NCBI RefSeq assembly: GCF_006345805.1
Contig: NC_043010.1
Location: forward strand, 45,446,001-45,510,000
Reading direction: 5' to 3'
Source of the DNA: Octopus sinensis
Taxonomy: Eukaryota
Length of the DNA: 64,000 nucleotides
Position 1 is the first letter of the stretch. Each line of letters begins with the position of its first letter. The notes below the pieces were generated by a model. The model saw only the letters and a program-made list of their open reading frames with translations, had not been told where the DNA came from and did no database searches. Below, piece by piece: positions 1-10,215 of the stretch. Both the position numbers and the translations under genes were made by a program.

Positions 1-245
1 GGAAACCCTGTCAGTGCTGGTACCACATAAAAAGCATCCAGTCCACAATGTAAATGGGAAAAGCTGAGAGGAAGAATGTCCAGCAGCTTGATGACTAGAG
101 GGACAAGGTGTTTTAGATTGCAAGACAGTGTGTCAGAGAAAATTGTGATGTTGTAGGAGAGAAGTGTTCAAATGGATGATAGCACACTTTCGCTTGGTGA
201 TTCTGCAAAGAAAGAGGCATGGAAGTGTGACTAAGAAATGCTGCT
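1..245 (+). mobile_element. Degenerate RTE-clade LINE fragment
   Basis: Translates in part as ENCDVVGEKCxxMDDSTLSLGDSAKKEAWK, resembling the region upstream of an RTE RT. First ~55 nt match the RTE 3' UTR seen elsewhere in the window. Confidence 0.45.
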
Positions 246-751
246 AAATGTCTGCTCTGTCTTACTAAAATAGGGGCTGGGTGAGGCTGGCAATCCTCAT
301 AATAGACTCAGCTAATAGCTGGAATTATCCTATATATGACTACAGCTATTCAATAACTTCATAAACCAGCAATGCTCAGTCATTGCACAAATGCATACTG
401 TATAATATTGTCACACTGTGCACATCTTGGACAGCCTTACCTGGCAGCACTTTCATGACTGCCAGAATATGTCTTGAATGAGTAGTGCACCTTATAACAC
501 TATCAGGCTAAAAGCTTCTGGTAGTTACCAACCTAGAAGCCCTCCCAAAAAGACCATCCAGTCTATCATCTTTATTACTTAGAGTTTCTCTAAAACCCCA
601 TTGCTCTTAACCACCACTAGTTCTCTATACATTATTAATGTGGAACAACCACTGACTCCATTGCCCAACTGGTACAGGACACTTTTAAAAATACAGTTTT
701 ATTATGAGTATTATATACACAGCTTTTATTGTTAATGTTATTTGTTTGGTT

Positions 752-885
752 AAGGCAGCAAACTGGCAGAATTGTTGCATGCCGGGCAAAATGCTTAGTG
801 GTATTTCATCCATCTTTACATTCTGAGTTCAAATTCTGCTGTGGTAGACTTTACCTTTCATCCTTTTGTGGTTGATAAAATAAGT
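752..885 (+). mobile_element. tRNA-derived SINE family C, 5' fragment
   Basis: Matches the head and central domain of the fuller copy at 36988-37255 (ctggcagaa...gagttcaaattc...ctttcatcctttt..gataaaataagt). Confidence 0.75.
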
Positions 886-1124
886 GAGAGAGAGTAAGAG
901 AGATGAAACAATTAAGAAATATCAAACTGAGAGAATGAAAAAGAGAGGCAAAAAGAACTTGGAGATTGAGTGATGGAAAAAAGAAGAGGATGAAATAAAG
1001 AAGAAAAAGGTAGAAAGAAATTTACAGTGTTAGTCTTTTATGTTGTTAATTTTCACTGATTTCAGATAAGATTTCAGATCAGCACCATCCTTATCAGTGT
1101 TGTCATCATCATCGCTGCCACTGT

Positions 1125-1159
1125 TTCCTCCTCCTCCTCCTCCTCCTTCTACTACTATA

Positions 1160-1205
<46 letters not shown>

Positions 1206-1230
1206 CCCTCCCTGCCTCCTCCTCCTCCAT
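1125..1230. repeat. (CCT)n/(ACT)n trinucleotide microsatellite
   Basis: Directly visible; explains the poly-P/poly-T and poly-V ORFs. Confidence 0.95.
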
Positions 1231-2254
1231 TGTTTTACTGTTTACTTTTCCATGCTTGCAAGGGATGGATGGAATTTTACAACACAGATTTTCTACAGTC
1301 AGATTCCCTTCCAGTTGCCAACCCTCACCTGTTTCCCAGAAAGTTATGTTTCTCTATGGCCAAATATGCTTTCTCAGAAGTTTGAAAATTAAATGCTTGT
1401 ATGACAACAACACTCATTTACAACTATCACACGATGTCAAGTCACACATGCACACACACACATACACACATACACACACGCAGACACACCCACACATCAA
1501 GGTTCTTTCAGTTTCTATCTATCAATCCACTCACAAGACTTTGGTCAGCTGAAGGCTAAAGTAGAACACATTTGCCCAAGGTGCTGGGACTGCACCTGAA
1601 ATCATGGTTGGAAAATAAACTCCTTAATCACACACACACACACATGCACACACAAATACACACACATACACACATGCACACACAAATACACACACACATG
1701 CAACGTGCAAAAGTGAGATATATACACACAAAAGTACATTTCCGTAGAGAAGGGTTAAAAAGAAAAAGAACACATGAGTTTCTTAGGCACCTCACCATTC
1801 TTAATGGCCACTAACAAGACAGGTCGATGTAAATGCTTCATAGTTAATAATGGGGAAGAGTCACAGACACAAATATGTATGCAAACAAAAATTGTGTAAG
1901 AAAAGAGAAAGAGTCAAAGTCATAGTTAGGTATATGAAGAAGCAGAAGACATACTAAACAGGAGAGAAATAATTTGAGAACATTTAATCAGCACTTAAAA
2001 ATAATAGAGTAAAACTGTACAATTTTCAATAGACAACAACAGATTTGAGTTCTATTTCTAATAACAAGAAAAACAGAGAACTTAGTTATCATTTGTAAGC
2101 AGTTCTCATGTGAAAAAATGAGGATTAGGAAGGTAGACATTAAATATTCATAAAATATTTATAGTGCTTTAAGGAACTGCCAAAAAATGATAGATGAATT
2201 TGAATGAACTTTCAGATATAATATTGTAGTAGAATATTTAACTTGCAGGCAGAA

Positions 2255-2690
2255 TCACCGTTATTGTCATCGCTGTTTAACATCCGTTTTCCATGCTGGC
2301 AATGGTGGGACAGTTTGACAGGAGCTGGCCAGTGGGAAAGCTGTCCAGGCTCCAATTGTTTCTTTTGCATGATTTCTACAGCTGGATGCCCTTCCTAAAT
2401 GCCAACCATTTTACAGAGTGTGCTGGGTGCTTTTTCCATTCCACCAGCATGGGTGCATTTACGTGGTACTGCACCTGCAAGACAAAGACCCTTCAGCTGG
2501 TTGAGAGAGTGGGAGCATAGCCATAAAGGACATGCCTGTATGTATGGATGGCCACAATTTTACTTAGCTTGATGCATCTTTTTATGTACAGCAGATCACC
2601 ATAAGTCAGAAGATTCTTTCTCACCACTCTGTCCTACATCTTCCTGGATCAACCCCTTCGACAGGTTCTCTCCACAATTAGAGACTGAGT
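2255..2690 (-). mobile_element. RTE LINE 3' end (family R1), 5'-truncated
   Basis: Contains ctggatgcccttccta.gccaacca and end-of-ORF sequence similar to 59341-60425. Confidence 0.75.
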
Positions 2691-3408
2691 AGAAATTATG
2701 ATAAATTAGTTTAAATGTGTTAAATGGAATTAAGAAGAGTGTAATACATATAACAGATGATACAAAGTCTGATGGAACTTTAAAAAATACTTAGTTACAA
2801 TTAAGTAATTAAGAATTCAATTAATAATAAACAATTGAATGTATATGATTCATGCTAATAAAAAACAAAATTAGTTTTGCAGAGCAGCCTTTGCTAATAA
2901 CATTTCAAAGAAAGATTATTTTCAGAATCCAACATTATGAAGAATTTTTTAACAGATGCATGATCAGCATGGTCCATGTCCTCCAAAATATGGTTTAGCA
3001 AATTCAATCATTGACCACAAAATCTTAAAACATGTAGTATCTGTATTTTTCAGTCCACGGACATGCTGTGGAAGAGAAGCTGTGGTCTTTTCTCTGGATT
3101 CCTAAAGAAAATATGTGTTGTATGTAACTGCTCTTAATTAAATGTGAAATTTGTTAAGAACATTTACTGTTGTATGCTTACTTCACATTAGTGCAATGTA
3201 ACAGTTCCTTTTCAGTGCATTTGCTGTAAAGTGGACATGGGTTGATGTTAGCACAACAGCATTGTGGTTGATAGTTGAAAGTTTGTTCTTGTAATTTCTT
3301 CCACTAATGCCAGAAACTAAATTCATAAAGTTGTACTGACTTTCGGAGAGTTCTTGTTAAAGAGGTTGTGGTTTCTATTGCCAACTAGAACGTATGTTCA
3401 TACAAAGT

Positions 3409-3637
3409 TTAACCCTTTAGCATTTAAACCAGCCATGTTCAGCCCAAATATTCCGCCTGCTTTATGTTTGAACTGACCAGATCCAGCCTCTCACACCCTT
3501 TAATGTATTCTAAAACTAAACAATCACATCATCAAACTCTGGAAGCAAAGAGGTAATGCATGATTAATTCAAAACAATGTCAATGAATAAGCATTACATT
3601 TGACAGCAGAGTAGTCTTAATAATGTTAAAGGGTTAA
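3409..3637. mobile_element. TTAA-flanked MITE family A (piggyBac-type termini)
   Basis: TTAA-CCCTTTAGCATT ... AATGTTAAAGGG-TTAA; homologous to 43564-43777 in the opposite orientation. Confidence 0.8.
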
Positions 3638-4677
3638 CAAAGTTCAGTTACTGACTGCTTCACTGAGGTTAAATAAAAAAATTAAATCAGTTTATGTTAC
3701 ACTTGTATAATTCTAATGGATTTGCAAGGTATTATGATGTGGGATATATTGTATTTTTTTATGGAAAGCATTCTCTTGTTAAACATTAGTACTGTTAGAA
3801 ACTTCTTCATCTGATGGAACGTTAGAATGGTGACAGCTAATGTTCTTAAATTCTTCAAGAACAATTGAAGGATAATTGGAGGACTTGCTAATATGTACCA
3901 ATTTTTCATTTGTTTTCTTCTAAGAGAACCATTGATTTGTGCTCAAATCTAATAAAATATCTAAAATGTTTTTTTCCATTATCTATTCTGATGTTGGTAC
4001 TAGAGATAATTTTTAAGCTAAACACTTTAACATGTATTAAATTTATATTTCCTTTAGCCTGTCAAGCTAATTGATCATTTATATGATGCCAAATGAACAG
4101 ACTATCATTTCTATAATGGCCAAAATTTGTGAGGTGTACTTTCATCCAAAGAGAGTCTAATATATATAATCCCGTTTGCCCACAATTTCCATCACACAAA
4201 CCCACAGGCCATATGAAGTAGCTCTCAGCTATTATGTTAGAAATAATACAAAAAAATTTCTGGCATGCATGATAACACTAATTTTACTAATGAGGGTGGA
4301 GGGTGAAATTCTTGGCAAATTCCAAAACATTAAGGTTATATCAGACTGGACAAATTTGCAGTTATATTTATTGCCTACTTGGTTAAACCAGTTGATTACA
4401 GACAAGTTATTTTCCACAAGACAAATTCATGACTCAACTAATTTTTATAATTACCGCATCTAAAATATATTTACTGATTGCATCTAGTTCACTCATTACT
4501 GGGATAATGAACCTGTACTTGGGAATCAACTAAAATATTCTTCAGGTCTTTAAATGTAATTTGGAGTTTAAGTGAAACTAACCATTCAGTTGTATTCTAT
4601 ACTTTAAGTTTGATGGTAATGTTTTGATTCCACTATTAATCTTATGGTGAGAACTAGAGAACTAATATATATATATA

Positions 4678-5160
4678 TCGAAATCGAAATTGAAATCAAA
4701 TTCAATGACTGGCATCCGTGCTAGTGGAGCGTTAAGAGTACCATACAAGTGAGATTGTTGCCAGAGCAACAAGCTGGCTGCCGTGCTGATGGCATATTAA
4801 AAACACCATTCAAGCATGATCATTACCTGGTCACCTTACTAGCACTTGTGCTGGTGGCACATGAAAAAACATTTGAGCGAGGTCATTGCCAGTGCCACTG
4901 GACTGGCTCCTGTGCAGGTGGCACATAAAAAGCACCATTTGAGTACCATTGCCAATACTGCCTGACTGGCCCTCATGCTGGTGGCATGTAAAAGCACACA
5001 CGACACTCTCAGAGTGGTTGGTGTTAGGAAGGGCATCCAGCTGTAGAAACTCTGCCAGATCAGATTGGAGTCTGGTGCAGCCATCTGGTTTGCCAGACCT
5101 CAGTCAAATCGTCCAACCCATGCTAGCATGGAAAGCAGATGTTAAACGATGATGATGATG
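4678..5160 (+). mobile_element. RTE LINE 3' UTR (R1) with (GAT)n tail
   Basis: ggtgttaggaagggcatccagctgtagaaac...gttaaacgatgatgatgatg; reverse complement of the copies at 8295 and 59341. Confidence 0.8.
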
Positions 5161-5165
5161 ATATA

Positions 5166-5221
<56 letters not shown>

Positions 5222-5575
5222 AGTAGGTGAATGAATTATTCTATGTTTATCGTCAGCAAGGAAAATTTGTTTAACCGAAACCTGGGTTTTGCTAACATCT
5301 TCGTTCGACTCCATTCTTTCATTTATTCTTATATATATATATATATTTATTTATTTATATTTATACTTATTAATCTGAGCAGAGGCAATGTGAGCAGAAA
5401 CTAAAGGAACATTACTAAAATCCACAGAAAGATCAAACACATACATATATTCATATATTTATTTATATCTACAGGACAGATATAAAGTCCGACGTTTAAA
5501 AATATAATAATATATAGATAAATAAACATCATATAAAATATATAAATATTCCCGGCCGATGCACAAATTTTTGTG

Positions 5576-5800
5576 GAGGCGCAATGGCCCAGTGGTTAGG
5601 GCAGCGGACTTGCGGTCGGAGGATCGCGGTTTCGATTCCCAGACCGGGCGTTGTGTGTGTTTATTGAGCGAAAACACCTAAAAGCTCCACGAGGCTCCGG
5701 CAGGGGATGGTGGTGATCCCTGCTGTACTCTTTCACCACTCTAAAGGCGGTGCTCCAGCATGGCCGGAGTCAAATGACTGAAACAAGTACAACAAAAAAA
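5576..5800 (+). mobile_element. Chimeric tRNA-SINE: family A head/body fused to family B tail
   Basis: A-box tggcccagtggttag and B-box ggtttcgattccc. The body matches the 12209 copy, then switches to aaaggcggtgctccagcatggcc..gtcaaatgactgaaacaagta. Confidence 0.85.
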
Positions 5801-5876
5801 AAAAAAATATATAAATTACACAGCTGGTATTTAATTGTACATTTGTTTCCCTGTATTCTGTATTGTGCGTAAAAAA

Positions 5877-5959
5877 CATCCTGATGAGGGGAGTGCCAAT
5901 TTCGAATATATGAAATGTTTCATATTAATTGGTGCATTCTCCGAAACGGCCCGTAGATG
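5877..5959 (+). ncRNA. Type I hammerhead ribozyme motif (minimal stem III)
   Basis: Stem I CATC(5877-80)/GATG(5956-59); core CTGATGA 5881-87; long stem II ggggagtgc/gcattctcc + caatt/aattg + atatgaaa/tttcatat; GAAA 5943-46; stem III ACG/CGT; predicted cleavage after GTA (A5955). Confidence 0.8.
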
Positions 5960-6122
5960 AACAATTTTGTAATTTTGTATATTTATTTTTTCTGTATTTT
6001 TTCTGGAATTTTAATATGCCATTTTAATATGTCCTTGTATGTTTTATTATTCCCAATTTTTAGTTTAACAAATAATTTACCAAATGTTTTATGATTTTAA
6101 GCGTAAATTCAATGTTTTGTAT

Positions 6123-6190
6123 GCAACACCTAAATGGCAGTGCCCCAGCATGGCCACAGCTCATGAGCTGAAACTAGATAAAATAAAAAA
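6123..6190 (+). mobile_element. Isolated CR1/L2-like LINE 3' terminal stem-loop and tail
   Basis: gcaacacc.aatggc.gtgccccagcatggccacagct..gagctgaaactagataa matches 39078-39142, which follows LINE coding sequence. Confidence 0.8.
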
Positions 6191-6469
6191 AAACCCACTG
6201 ATTCTTATATATATATTTTATATGATGTTTATTTATCTATATATTATTATATTTTTAAACGTCGGACTTTATATCTGTTTTGTAGATATAAATGAATATA
6301 TGAATATATGTATGTGTTTGATCTTTCTGTGGATTTTAGTAATGTTCCTTTGGTTACTGCTCGCATTGCCTCCGCTCAGATTAATAAGTGGAATATAGCT
6401 CATTTGGAGCACTACAATTCCAGTCTATTTTATATTTTGAGTATTATTTGCGATCTCAAGATATAACTC

Positions 6470-6700
6470 TTTACTCTTACTCTTTTACTTGTTTCAGTCA
6501 TTTGACTGCAGCCATGCTGGAGCACTTTAATTGAGCAACTCGACCCCGGGACTTATTCTTTTGTAAGCCCAGTACTTATTCTATCGGACTCTTTTGTCGA
6601 ACTGCTAAGTAACGGGGACATAAACACACCAGCATTGGTTGTCAAGCAATGCTAGGGGGACAAACACAGATACACAAACACACACACGCATATATATATA
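6470..6700 (-). mobile_element. SINE family B 3' half
   Basis: Reverse complement of the 15332-15742 tail region. Confidence 0.85.
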
Positions 6701-8089
6701 TATACATATTTTATTTATATTTATATAAAGGTAAGATCCAAGGATCAAGGTGTTAGTCATTAGTAAACTTCAAGCAGTCTGTAGAAGGAATAAAAAAACA
6801 ACTTTCAGGTACAATAGTGGTTTATTGGTATAGAAGGATATAAATTTTTCCCATATTGAAGTTTGATAAGCTGAAAAAATTGTTTGATAGCTTACAGTTA
6901 GCAGCTGGGGTTGCCATGTATGTGAATAAAAATTTAATTTCCTGAGGCAACACAGGATCCCTTGACAACGATGTAAACTTCATCTGATTAAAGTATCTTT
7001 GGCCTGACTAGCAGCTTCTGGATTACCCTTCATTTGGGCTATTACTACTTCTGAGGTGCTGCTAGCTATTAAACATATGTAGCCTGTTTTTTATCAACTC
7101 CATTCCTAAATTTTGGATATATATATATATATATATATCTTCAAAATAATAAGTACTGAGTTTGATCCATTCAACTAAAACCCTTGAAGGCAATGCCCTA
7201 GAATGGTCACAGTGAAACAACTGAAACAAGTAAAAGATAAAAGATAAAGATATATGCATGTGGGAATGAGGTGAACCAGAAGTATGGGGTCAGTGATGTC
7301 AATGGCTGAGGGGCCCCACTGGAAGGCCAGCAGTGAGGGAGGCCCCATGAGTGGAAGTAGAACCAGCATGGGCCTCTTTGCTTCAGGGTGCTCATGGTAT
7401 ATGGACATGTGTGAATGTATCATCTAGAGGGAATTTGTTGTTAGGTCTGGCCAGAGATTAGGCAGGTAGGATGCTTTTGGATGCAATGCATCTGGAAAGT
7501 CGACACTGCAAGAGAATCTGAGCAGTAGATGAATTACTCTTCAACCCTCATAATACAGTGCACATATATGTGTGTGAATGTGTGTATGTATTTTGCTAAT
7601 TTTGTCATATGAAAACATACAAGCACTCAATATAACTTCATGTGAGAAAGGTCTGGACTGTAATATGCATTTATTCTTGCATTTTGTAAACAGAGATTAA
7701 ACTTCTAAACCATTATTTCATTTTCACTCACTCAGACTTTTAGTCAACTGTACACACCAACAGATTAAGAATAAAATTTATTGTTAACTGTATAAATTAC
7801 AGTCTTTGTATTTTATAATGACTACATTATTATTGAAGTCAGCTGTCATTTATCATGCTTCTGATGGATCTTTTATTATTCATGAGAAAGAATTTGGGTG
7901 TGTGTCGGCAGATAGGTGTTGATATATTGAATGATGTATGCAAACATTTTCATTGAATTAAAAAAGTCCTCTTTATTAGAGAAAGAAACAAAAGCCTAGT
8001 ATCAAGCATGAGTGACTCACAAAGAAAAGGAGAGATAATTTCTAAAGTCTTTTATTTCAAATAGAGTTTTCAATATAAGCACAAGGACG

Positions 8090-8225
8090 AATATGGGGTG
8101 GGGATAAGTAGATTACATCACCCGAGTGCTTGACTGGTACATTATTTTTGATTCTGAAAGGATGAAAGGCAAAGTTAACCTCAGCAGGACTTAAACTCAA
8201 AATATAATGAGCTGGAAGAAATTCT
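8090..8225 (-). mobile_element. SINE family C fragment
   Basis: gaaaggatgaaaggcaaagtt..ctcagcagga.tt.aactc matches family C. Confidence 0.7.
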
Positions 8226-8806
8226 TTTAAGCATTATCAATTCTCTTCCTTAAAAGAAAATTTGATCAAATAATAATTAAGTTTTAAGGAGTTCATCATC
8301 ATCAACATCATCATCGTTTAACATCTGTTTTCCATGCTAGCATGGGTTGGATGGTTCGACCGGTCTGGGAAGCCAGAAGGCTGCACCAGGCTCCAGTCTG
8401 ATCTGGCAGTGTTTCTACAGCTGGATGCCCTTCCTAACGCCAACCACTCCGTGAGTGTAGTGGGTGCTTTTTCCATGCCATCGGCATAGGTGCCAGGCGA
8501 GGCCAACGACCACGATCAGTTGGTGCTTTTTATGTGCCACCGGCACGGAAGCCAGTCAAGGTAGCGCTGGCATCGGCCATGTTCAGATGGTGCTTCTTAC
8601 ATGCTACCGGCACAGGGATCACAACTACAATTTCCATTGATTTTTGATGTTGATGTACTTGACTCAATAGGTCTCCTCAAGCACAGGGTTGAAATGGTGT
8701 TTCTTTACTTGCCACCAGCACAGGGGTCAGTCCAGCAGCACTGGCATTGCCCAAGTGCCAGTCATAGGATTTGGTTCACTTTCGATTTCAATTTCACTTG
8801 CCCTGA

Positions 8807-9905
8807 CAGGTCTTTGCAAGCAGAGTTTAGTGTCCAATGAAGGGAGGTTGGCATGGGTGCCAGTCGTCGGATGTGGTTCGATTTCGAATTCAATTTCGAT
8901 TTCACTTGCCTCAACAGGTCTTTGCAAGCAGAGTTTAGTGTCCAATGAAGGGAGGTTGGCATGGGTGCCAGTCGTCGGATGTGGTTCGATTTCGAATTCA
9001 ATTTCGATTTCACTTGCCTCAACAGGTCTTTGCAAGCAGAGTTTAGTGTCCAATGAAGGGAGGTTGGCATGGGTGCCAGTCGTCGGATGTGGTTCGATTT
9101 CGAATTCAATTTCGATTTCACTTGCCTCAACAGGTCTTTGCAAGCAGAGTTTAGTGTCCAATGAAGGGAGGTTGGCATGGGTGCCAGTCGTCGGATGTGG
9201 TTCGATTTCGAATTCAATTTCGATTTCACTTGCCTCAACAGGTCTTTGCAAGCAGAGTTTAGTGTCCAATGAAGGGAGGTTGGCATAGGTGCCAGTCGTC
9301 GGATGTGGTTCGATTTCGAATTCAATTCGATTTCACTTGCCTCAACAGGTCTTTGCAAGCAGAGTTTAGTGTCCAATGAAGGGAGGTTGGCATGGGTGCC
9401 AGTCGTCGGATGTGGTTCGATTTCGAATTCAATTTCGATTTCACTTGCCTCAACAGGTCTTTGCAAGCAGAGTTTAGTGTCCAATGAAGGGAGGTTGGCA
9501 TGGGTGCCAGTCGTCGGATGTGGTTCGATTTCGAATTCAATTTCGATTTCACTTGCCTCAACAGGTCTTTGCAAGCAGAGTTTAGTGTCCAATGAAGGGA
9601 GGTTGGCATAGGTGCCAGTCGTCGGATGTGGTTCGATTTCGAATTCAATTTCGATTTCACTTGCCTCAACAGGTCTTTGCAAGCAGAGTTTAGTGTCCAA
9701 TGAAGGGAGGTTGGCATGGGTGCCAGTCGTCGGATGTGGTTCGATTTCGAATTCAATTTCGATTTCACTTGCCTCAACAGGTCTTTGCAAGCAGAGTTTA
9801 GTGTCCAATGAAGGGAGGTTGGCATGGGTGCCAGTCGTCGGATGTGGTTCGATTTCGAATTCAATTTCGATTTCACTTGCCTCAACAGGTCTTTGCAAGC
9901 AGAGT
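8807..9905. repeat. 108-bp tandem array, 10 full units plus a partial unit
   Basis: Unit starts (caggtctttgcaagc) at 8807, 8915, 9023, 9131, 9239, 9346, 9454, 9562, 9670, 9778, 9886. One 107-bp unit; A/G variant in units 5 and 8. Confidence 0.97.
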
Positions 9906-10020
9906 TTTGTGTCCAAAGAAGGAAAGGTATGCATAAGTGGGCTGGCCACATCCCTGACAAAGGCCACGGGTTATGGGCTCACTTGCCCTGCCAGGTCTTC
10001 TCACACACAGCATATTTCCA

Positions 10021-10215
10021 AAGGTCTCGGTCACTAGTCAAGGTCTCGGTCACTAGTCAAGGTATCGGTCACTAGTCAAGGTCTCGGTCACTAGTCAAGG
10101 TATCAGTCACTACTCAGGTCTCGGTCACTAGTCAAGGTATCGGTCACTAGTCAGGTCTCGCTCACTAGTCAAGGTCTCGGCCACTAGTCAGGTCTTGGTC
10201 ACTAGTCAAGGTCAC
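10021..10215. repeat. 18/19-bp minisatellite (aaggtctcggtcactagtc), ~10 units
   Basis: Directly visible; the unit is the RTE ORF segment encoding TSDRDL on the minus strand. Confidence 0.95.

Larger units (their letters stand above)
5365..6389. repeat. ~180-bp inverted repeat pair (5365-5544 / 6210-6389) enclosing SINE, hammerhead and LINE tail
   Basis: cttattaatctgagcagaggcaatg...catcatataaaatatata is the reverse complement of tatatattttatatgatg...cctccgctcagattaataag, with only a few substitutions. Confidence 0.9.
8295..10215 (-). mobile_element. 5'-truncated RTE LINE (R1) carrying two internal tandem arrays
   Basis: (CAT)n tail at the left end, 3' UTR as in 59341-59950, and the ORF end (…RDLW..AV.EKT.Q) at about 9975-10040. 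Confidence 0.85.

Noticed and set aside
3697-4463. Possible minus-strand host exons (e.g. ...KSSNYPSIVLEEFKNISCHHSNVPSDEEVSNSTNV*)
   Set aside because: Short, no recognisable family, and no consistent splice chain; would need RNA-seq.
5576-5650. tRNA gene candidates (also 12209, 20920, 48110)
   Set aside because: tRNA-like A/B boxes run straight into multi-copy SINE bodies; no complete acceptor stem or terminator.
8689-10037. Long ORFs (up to 401 aa) over the 108-bp array; possible CRISPR-like array
   Set aside because: The ORFs follow from a 36-codon stop-free unit derived from an RTE UTR. Units are contiguous with no unique spacers, so this is not CRISPR.
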